DNA of 53,689 nt, the filler included, from Dirinaria sp. TL-2023a (Eukaryota): NCBI GenBank assembly GCA_051941275.1. It is 2 parts of 2 records of this genome, joined end to end, with 100 filler letters (N's around TTAATTAATTAA, not from the genome) between each part and the next. Parts side by side here need not be neighbours in the genome. Positions count along the whole stretch, not along the records: positions 26,896 to 53,689 come from JAVEBF010000156.1; 1 more part is not named here. One strand, given 5' to 3'. A model generated the notes under the pieces. The model saw only the letters and a program-made list of their open reading frames with translations, made no database searches and had not been told where the DNA came from. Position 1 is the stretch's first letter; every line of letters starts with the position of its first letter. Positions 47,586 through 53,689 of the stretch are shown here, piece after piece. A program made the position numbers and the translations under genes.

Positions 47586-49392
47586 ATGGGCTCTGTCGCC
47601 GTAGATTGGTCCTTGGGGTCAAAAAAGAGAAAAACATCGCATCAACAAATTGTGGTAAAGAAGGTTCATAGATGCCCAGTAAGAATGGGCAGAAGGCCTG
47701 CATTGGTCGACACTCCGAGTCCCTGGGAGTTCGGTGTTTGTCCGCTTTAAGACACGGCCGCCTCCACGCACACCAGTTGTGGACGTGTACTGGTGGAACA
47801 GGGTACACGATCCCCCAGATATAAGTGTTGAATGGGAGCAGCCATTGAGGATCACGACGCCGGACAACGCCGAGACATTATCATCTGTCTGCATGGCAGG
47901 ATCAGATGTCAGGCAAACTATGATTTTGGCAGCTAACCCTGCGCCGGAAGACATGCTGAGGTGTGGTAGCGGTACGGAGGACCCTATCATGAGTTCTGGC
48001 TAGCGTGATCACCGCCACTGATCCGGCGATTAATTGGTAATCGCCCCGGGGACCAGTCAGAACCCAGCTACAGGCGCCTTACAGTACACTCGCGCTGATC
48101 GCGGACTTCGGGTGTGGTTCTCCGTACAATGCACGGCCAATCTTGACACAATCTCACATTGCCAAACTAGGTCACCTGCATGACGTATATACTACAGCTG
48201 TGCGAATAATTTGATCGGAGTGCGGTTGGGAAGTTTGTCTAGTCATGCTGGCAGCAGAAGAGCCCAGCGTACTTTGAATCGAAGACAATGTCGGTGTGTC
48301 TCGTGTGTTGAGGTCTGTTCATCCTAAACTAGGAAAAAAAGAAAGAGACGAACAATGATGGCTTGTTCTGATGGTTAGCTGATGTTCATCGATAGTTGGA
48401 GACATGGTCCGACCGAGCTGTTCCGCAAGGGACGGGGAGACGGGCTACACTCTCCACAAAGCAACACCATCATCCATTTCCCGCGCTGCAGGAAACGTTC
48501 AATCGTCGATCTACTCTAATGGAGGCCCAGCATTAAATTAGGCAGTTAAGAAATCCTGCTCAAACGACATCCTCCAAGGTTCGCAAATAACGTCATCAGG
48601 CCACGCGGTGAGCATCTAAGCAAACGTACTAGCGATGATTTGTAACAAGCCGATCAGAGGCAACTGCGGTCCTCATATTTGTGTACCCAGTATCACCATT
48701 TAATGGACGGTACTAAGAAATACCCAGCTAGGTAACATGGAGAGAAAAGTTTGGCTGGCTCTTTGACAAGATTCTGCCTACGGCCCACAATGTGCATCAT
48801 CAGCTCCACCCATAAAACTTCTAGGTCCAGTACCATGATTGTATTTCTCTCTCAAATCCCATTTCATCTCGAGTGCCCACTTCTCCTGATCACTTAGCTC
48901 TCCGATCTGCCACCGCTTTCCCAACCGAAGCTTGCTACTTCTACTCTTTTCCACCTACTGAATATGAACATTCCATTCTCCTCACCTTGACAGGTTTTCC
49001 CTGAGTGGACTTCACTTCACTATCGAAACAGAAGACCAGATCACTTTCTACAATTTATTTGAGATCGCTTGGTCTCTTATAAGTCGACTTCATTGATCTG
49101 ACCAGACTCGAATCCAGATACCAACCAAGTGCCAATCCACATTTCCTGCTGATTCCATCATGAAGTATGGGATCTGAGCTGTTCAGGAACCAGGATTCCT
49201 AGTTTCTGCCAGATGTCATGGGATTCAGCAGTTACAGTAAGTAGCAGATGAAATCCAATTGATAAACAGTGATGGTGGGAAAAAACATCTGAATATATGT
49301 TGCAGCATGTAAATCAATGTCAGTCAAAGTGAATTGTGACCATCACTTTCAACAACTCTATTTTTTTTTTCTCTTTTCTTCCTGGCTGTGAA

Positions 49393-49419
49393 TGTTTGTT
49401 TGTTTGTTTGTTTGTTTGT
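49393..49419. repeat. (TGTT)6 microsatellite
   Basis: Tetranucleotide run read directly. Confidence 0.9.
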
Positions 49420-50397
49420 ACACTGCACAGCCATGTGATCGGAGTGTGATGCATAGTTCACCTGCACATTCCTAGTGCATACCTAGCCAGAACACCACAA
49501 AAATTAACATATAAAGAACTTTTTCCGTCCTTCCCATCCATTTGAAACCCCCCACACCTATGTCAAAATAATACACTTTCGCTTCACTATTCCATCATCA
49601 AAGTCCACTATTATCCTCTTTTAAAGTAATCTGTCGCGATAAATAAACCCCTAACTCGCTCACACTTACATTACAACTCGCAATCCACAGACCGAATTTC
49701 TCCTGCACTTTATAAATGAATATAGTACTATATTACTGCTGCTTAACAGATCCTCTATTTCCTTTATCTCTATCTAAAAAATCGATCTTCACTCGCTCGC
49801 CCACTCATTATACTGACTGACTGACGGAATGAATATATATCCTTGACTTTATACAACATAACCCTTCCTTCGACCTCGCCGTGACGCAACTATTGATCTG
49901 AACTGAATATTTTTTCGATTCGCTATGAATATACATACTCGGAAAAAAGGAAGGGGGGGTTTCGAGGTATTTAAGGATGGGGGCTTCGAGGGCAGAAACA
50001 TTCTCTTATTTTTTCTTCGTTTCCTTGCTTCAGCTTTCTCGGCTTTCTTCTTTGGTATACCACTTGGGATTTTGGTATATCATTGCGAACTCTTGATGAG
50101 CTTTTGGTTTTGGGAGAGCTCCTCGACTTGGGTCGAGCTTTGATTCGATTCTTCAAGTCTCTGCTTCAGCATCTTGAATCGTACCATTCTTGCTCTGGGA
50201 AAAAAAACCGGTCTTGCATTGGTTTCGTACGGTCACGCTTTGGTATATCGTGAATCACTTCCACACTCCTGGCTTCGGATCTCTCTGGCTGGATCTTGGT
50301 TGGGGATTTGCACAGTCGATTGTCAAGTCTTTATTGCTTTTCCCTGGAAACTCGGTCTTCCCCTCATATCTGCTCGAGCAATTTACCTCCTTTCACA

Positions 50398-51797
50398 ATG
50401 GCACCCTCCCAGGATCGCAAGCTTGTGCAGACCCAACTGCCGGAAGCTTTTAGGAAGATCAGCAAGGGCTTCCGAGTGGAGAAGTCCAAAGCTCACGTCA
50501 ACAAGTCCTCCCAGCTTGCTCGCTCAAGGAAGGAAAGACCAGTCGCGGCAATCTCAACAGCTGGTCCAGTTCTGGTTGACGGGGGAGAAGAAACAATTGG
50601 TGATGGAGCTCACCAGGCGGTATGCTCGGTGAGAGTGCTTCAGACCGAGTCATCGGCCTTCTTCGAAGGTCCGATCAAGGAAGTCACGAAGACGAAGGAA
50701 GCTGCCGATAAGTATCGGTCAGATGCAGCCGAGTATCCCGTTGTCCGAGACAGCACGGTCGTCAAATGTCAAGACGGACGACCGCTCCTATACATAATCA
50801 AAGGCGGGATGTTTGCAGGGCTGTCTGCCGATGAGCAGCAACATCTGAGCATGCAATCAACGAAAGCGATTCAGGACCTCGTGGAAGCCTACGAACCGCC
50901 TGCGCCAACGGCTTCTGATCCTCGTGCAAGACAGGATCGAGAAGAGCAGAGCGCGAAGTGGAAAGCGAGAGGGAAACCGTGGGGTCGATACGTGAGTTTG
51001 CAATTCTACTGATGCATACGCAGTACTAACCACTCATGTAGTATTTCGCATACTAGTATGGAACAGGCCAAAGAGGTGTCCGACCACCTGTGATATCCAC
51101 CCACAGCAAGCCACAACGGAAAGAAGGAGTGCAGAGTGTCGCCGACTACATGCGGGCCACGGCTTGGGAGCACACGCAAGTCGCCAGATGGCTCTCGGTC
51201 ATAGACTCTGAAAGGCACCTGGAGCTACACAGCCGTTACCAGGGACTAGGGCAAGAAGAGCTAAAGCATCTCTATCAGGGAGAGCATGCGTGCCATTCCG
51301 GTCTTGCTTTCCTCGTGAATCTGTCTGTGGAGCCACACAAAGACTCCAACGATGCCAAGGATAGTTGGACCAGCACGAATGTCTGGGGAGAGTTTCGGGG
51401 TGGGCATGTAGTCTTCCCGGACCTGGGCCTTCGAGTTGCTCAAGAGCCCGGCGACTTGATCCTCAGCCATGCAGCCATCCCGACGCATTTGGTCGAGGAT
51501 GTGGAGGACGGAGAGCGCTTCTGCAATGTTCGCTTCACAAAAGAAGATATCTTGCGACCTCCACCTTCGAAGCCGGACCTTGCTATCCCGTGCCCAGTCG
51601 CAGGCTGCGCTAGGCTTTGTCGCTCCTGGTCTGCTCTCGCGAAGCATATCAGAGGCCCCCCGGGAAAGCTTCGTGACAAGGCAAGCAAAGGCCACTATCA
51701 CCTCCTCGACAGACAAGAAGCAAGGGAGAAAATGGTGCAAGCTCGGGCAGCATACAATGCTGATAGTACGGGTCTACAGGAAGCCCCTTCGGCATGA
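50398..51797 (+). CDS. TET/JBP-family-like 2OG-Fe(II) dioxygenase with C-terminal C2H2-like zinc finger; possible pseudogene
   Basis: Exon 50398-50991, intron GTGAGT...CTAAC...TAG (50992-51041), exon 51042-51797. Motifs N-x5-HKDxxD, GEFRGGHVVFPDLG...PGDLIL, distal His, R-x5-F, then C-x4-C-x12-H. In-frame TAG at 51054-51056. Confidence 0.75.
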
Positions 51798-53199
51798 GGC
51801 CGGCGAAACGCTATTGGCTCCGGGGAAGATTTGGAAAAGAGATTGAAGAAAGCTTAACGTTTGGAATATAAGGGTTAGTTATTGGGCATGGCTTTGACTT
51901 AACGAGATGTTTTATGATATTGCTTTGATTAAGTGCCAACTTGAACTGCACAGTGGCAGCTTTTAATGAAGTAATTTGACGAAAGAAGCAAGCACTTACC
52001 GAATAAACACTTTGAGAATGGCTGGTCTCAGGTTGCTGGTCTCTACAGCGGTGCTGCATGCCTGATTCAGCTAGATCTCGTTTTAGTAACGTAAGTCACC
52101 TCTTTTCCCTTGAGAGCGGCATTCCTCAAACGTGTTAGAACCTTCGAATGAGATATATGGAGGGAAATCTTCTTGTTACTAGATCATGATATCTTTGGGC
52201 TCACGGCATTTGTGGGACTGTACCGCCAAAAGGAAAAGGAAAGGCATGTCCACAAAAAACTCCAAAAAAAAAAAAAAAAAAACTCACCTTTTGGCCTATT
52301 GGGGAACTGGACAAGTTCGGTCGCTCGATGCGGAGAAGGTCCCCTACTGCCACGCCTCACCGGGCTAATTTGAGACTATCACTTTTTGACTCTTCGCGGA
52401 TTTCACATTCGTGGCGGAGGACTCCTGTTTCAGTTCCAAATTTTGTTCTTGGGAAACTGCTCGGAATCGAGGACCTCCCGAACCTTAGGTTTCGGTTTTA
52501 GAGGCCTGTCCAGAGTGCAGTTTCGATGCTTCCGATTCAGCCAAGTCTACTCGGGCAGCTAGTTGGGGAATTTTCTCTTATTTTCGTAGATGTTCAGTAT
52601 TTGAAGATATGTATGAATGCTTTTTTCTATCTGCACACAGGCGTAGTAGATTATGACCTGGTTCTGCAAAGTAGCTTTATTTTTTCTTTCTGGGAGGCAA
52701 TTAAGCATACACAGTGACACAATCTCGGACTGGCTTGGAGCGGATAAACTGTGCTTTTCATTCTGGGTGCACTGAGATATGAGGATACATTCTTCAGTAA
52801 AGCTCCCAATAGTTAGTGCAGCCTTTTAGTCTCAAGCGGTTGCCGCTTTCGGTGGAAAGACGGGCCGATATCTGGAGAAGACATCGACACATTATTATTT
52901 GGGCGCACCGACAGACCTCATGGATTAACATTACCCTTTTCGTATCTTGCTCGACCAGAGCTATACAGAACCTCTTTTGAATCATCGATATTAATCTACC
53001 GCAGCGGTTTCCTACAGGAGCAGCAAAAGCGTGTTCATAGCGAGCACCAAACTCTTCCCGCTCGTCCTGCTCCGGTCTTCTCACAACTTACAACAGCACT
53101 AAGACCGTGATATCTACGAGGGTGCATCATCGCTGCGTCTTACAGGCGCAAGGTACGTTCCCATACCACACCTGAGGCATCCAAGCACAGACGTTCATC

Positions 53200-53689
53200 A
53201 TGTCGTACCCGCCACCACCAGGTCTCAAGCAGAACCAGACTCCACCATCCTCCTCTACCCCTCCAGCCCATGCGTCCTTGCCTCCTCGCCCGCCCCCAGC
53301 AGCAGGGCCACCGCCTTCCTTCAAACCCGCCTTCAGCAATCCACCATCATTTTCTTCCGGCGCGCCAGGCACCAAGGGCTATGATGGCGGCTCCAACAAA
53401 GGCGCTGGCCCGCTATCGAGCGGCTTCGGCGGCTTCACAGGTTTCCAACCACGTTCTGTAGCAGCAAACGCTCAGCCATTCCGTACCCACAGTCCCGTGG
53501 TCTCCGCTCCACCTGCACCGCCTACCGGCTTTTCGGGACCCCATACCAATTACGCGAATGGCGTCTCCTACCAAGCCCAACCCTCGTACCCACAACCGCC
53601 CACACCTTCCTACTATCAACAAACGCAGGACCAAGCCTACCCCGAACCCACCCCCCCACAAATCCGTAACCCATTCCCTCTCCCAGATC
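53200..53689 (+). CDS. 5' part of a Pro-rich protein, truncated by the window end (N-terminus resembles fungal RBM42-like RRM proteins)
   Basis: ATCATG start, open frame to the end: MSYPPPPGLKQ...SLPPRPP...FKPAF...FTGFQPRSVA...QIRNPF. The RRM itself is not visible, so the family call is tentative. Confidence 0.65.
   Translation, partial: MSYPPPPGLKQNQTPPSSSTPPAHASLPPRPPPAAGPPPSFKPAFSNPPSFSSGAPGTKGYDGGSNKGAGPLSSGFGGFTGFQPRSVAANAQPFRTHSPVVSAPPAPPTGFSGPHTNYANGVSYQAQPSYPQPPTPSYYQQTQDQAYPEPTPPQIRNPFPLPD

Noticed and set aside
48079..48230. TA-CAG starts resembling Tc1/mariner terminal repeats, and TGATCGGAGTG repeated at ~48212 and ~49436
   Set aside because: I found no matching inverted copy or transposase; an 11-mer direct match alone is too weak.
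52794..53084. 96-aa minus-strand ORF
   Set aside because: Non-ATG start, no motifs, and it lies in the promoter region of the 53200 gene.
1..53689. CRISPR arrays, rRNA genes, prokaryotic operons, intact transposons
   Set aside because: The sequence is intron-containing fungal DNA; I saw no repeat-spacer array, rRNA signature, transposase or reverse transcriptase.

Overview
Eukaryotic fungal DNA (filamentous ascomycete, Pezizomycotina): short GT-AG introns with CTRAY branch points, dense genes and microsatellites. The window is two sequences joined by an artificial N-padded TTAATTAATTAA linker at 26795-26895. Left part: glycerol-3-phosphate acyltransferase, TFIP11/Ntr1 G-patch protein, three large disordered hypothetical proteins, a cytochrome-less cellobiose-dehydrogenase-type flavoprotein, a small secreted Cys-rich protein, mitoribosomal mS37 and an F-box/LRR protein. 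Right part: a housekeeping block (BUB1 truncated at the gap, APN1, LSM12-like, nucleotide-sugar transporter, GND1). This is followed by a ~13 kb accessory stretch (lipase/esterase, methyltransferase, PTH11-like membrane protein, a CpG-free relic) and the start of a Pro-rich gene. The most notable item is a TET/JBP-type 2OG-Fe(II) dioxygenase fused to a C2H2-like zinc finger (50398-51797). It carries an in-frame TAG that could be either a RIP-type knockout or a rescue splice acceptor. All family calls and exon models were made by eye, without database searches.
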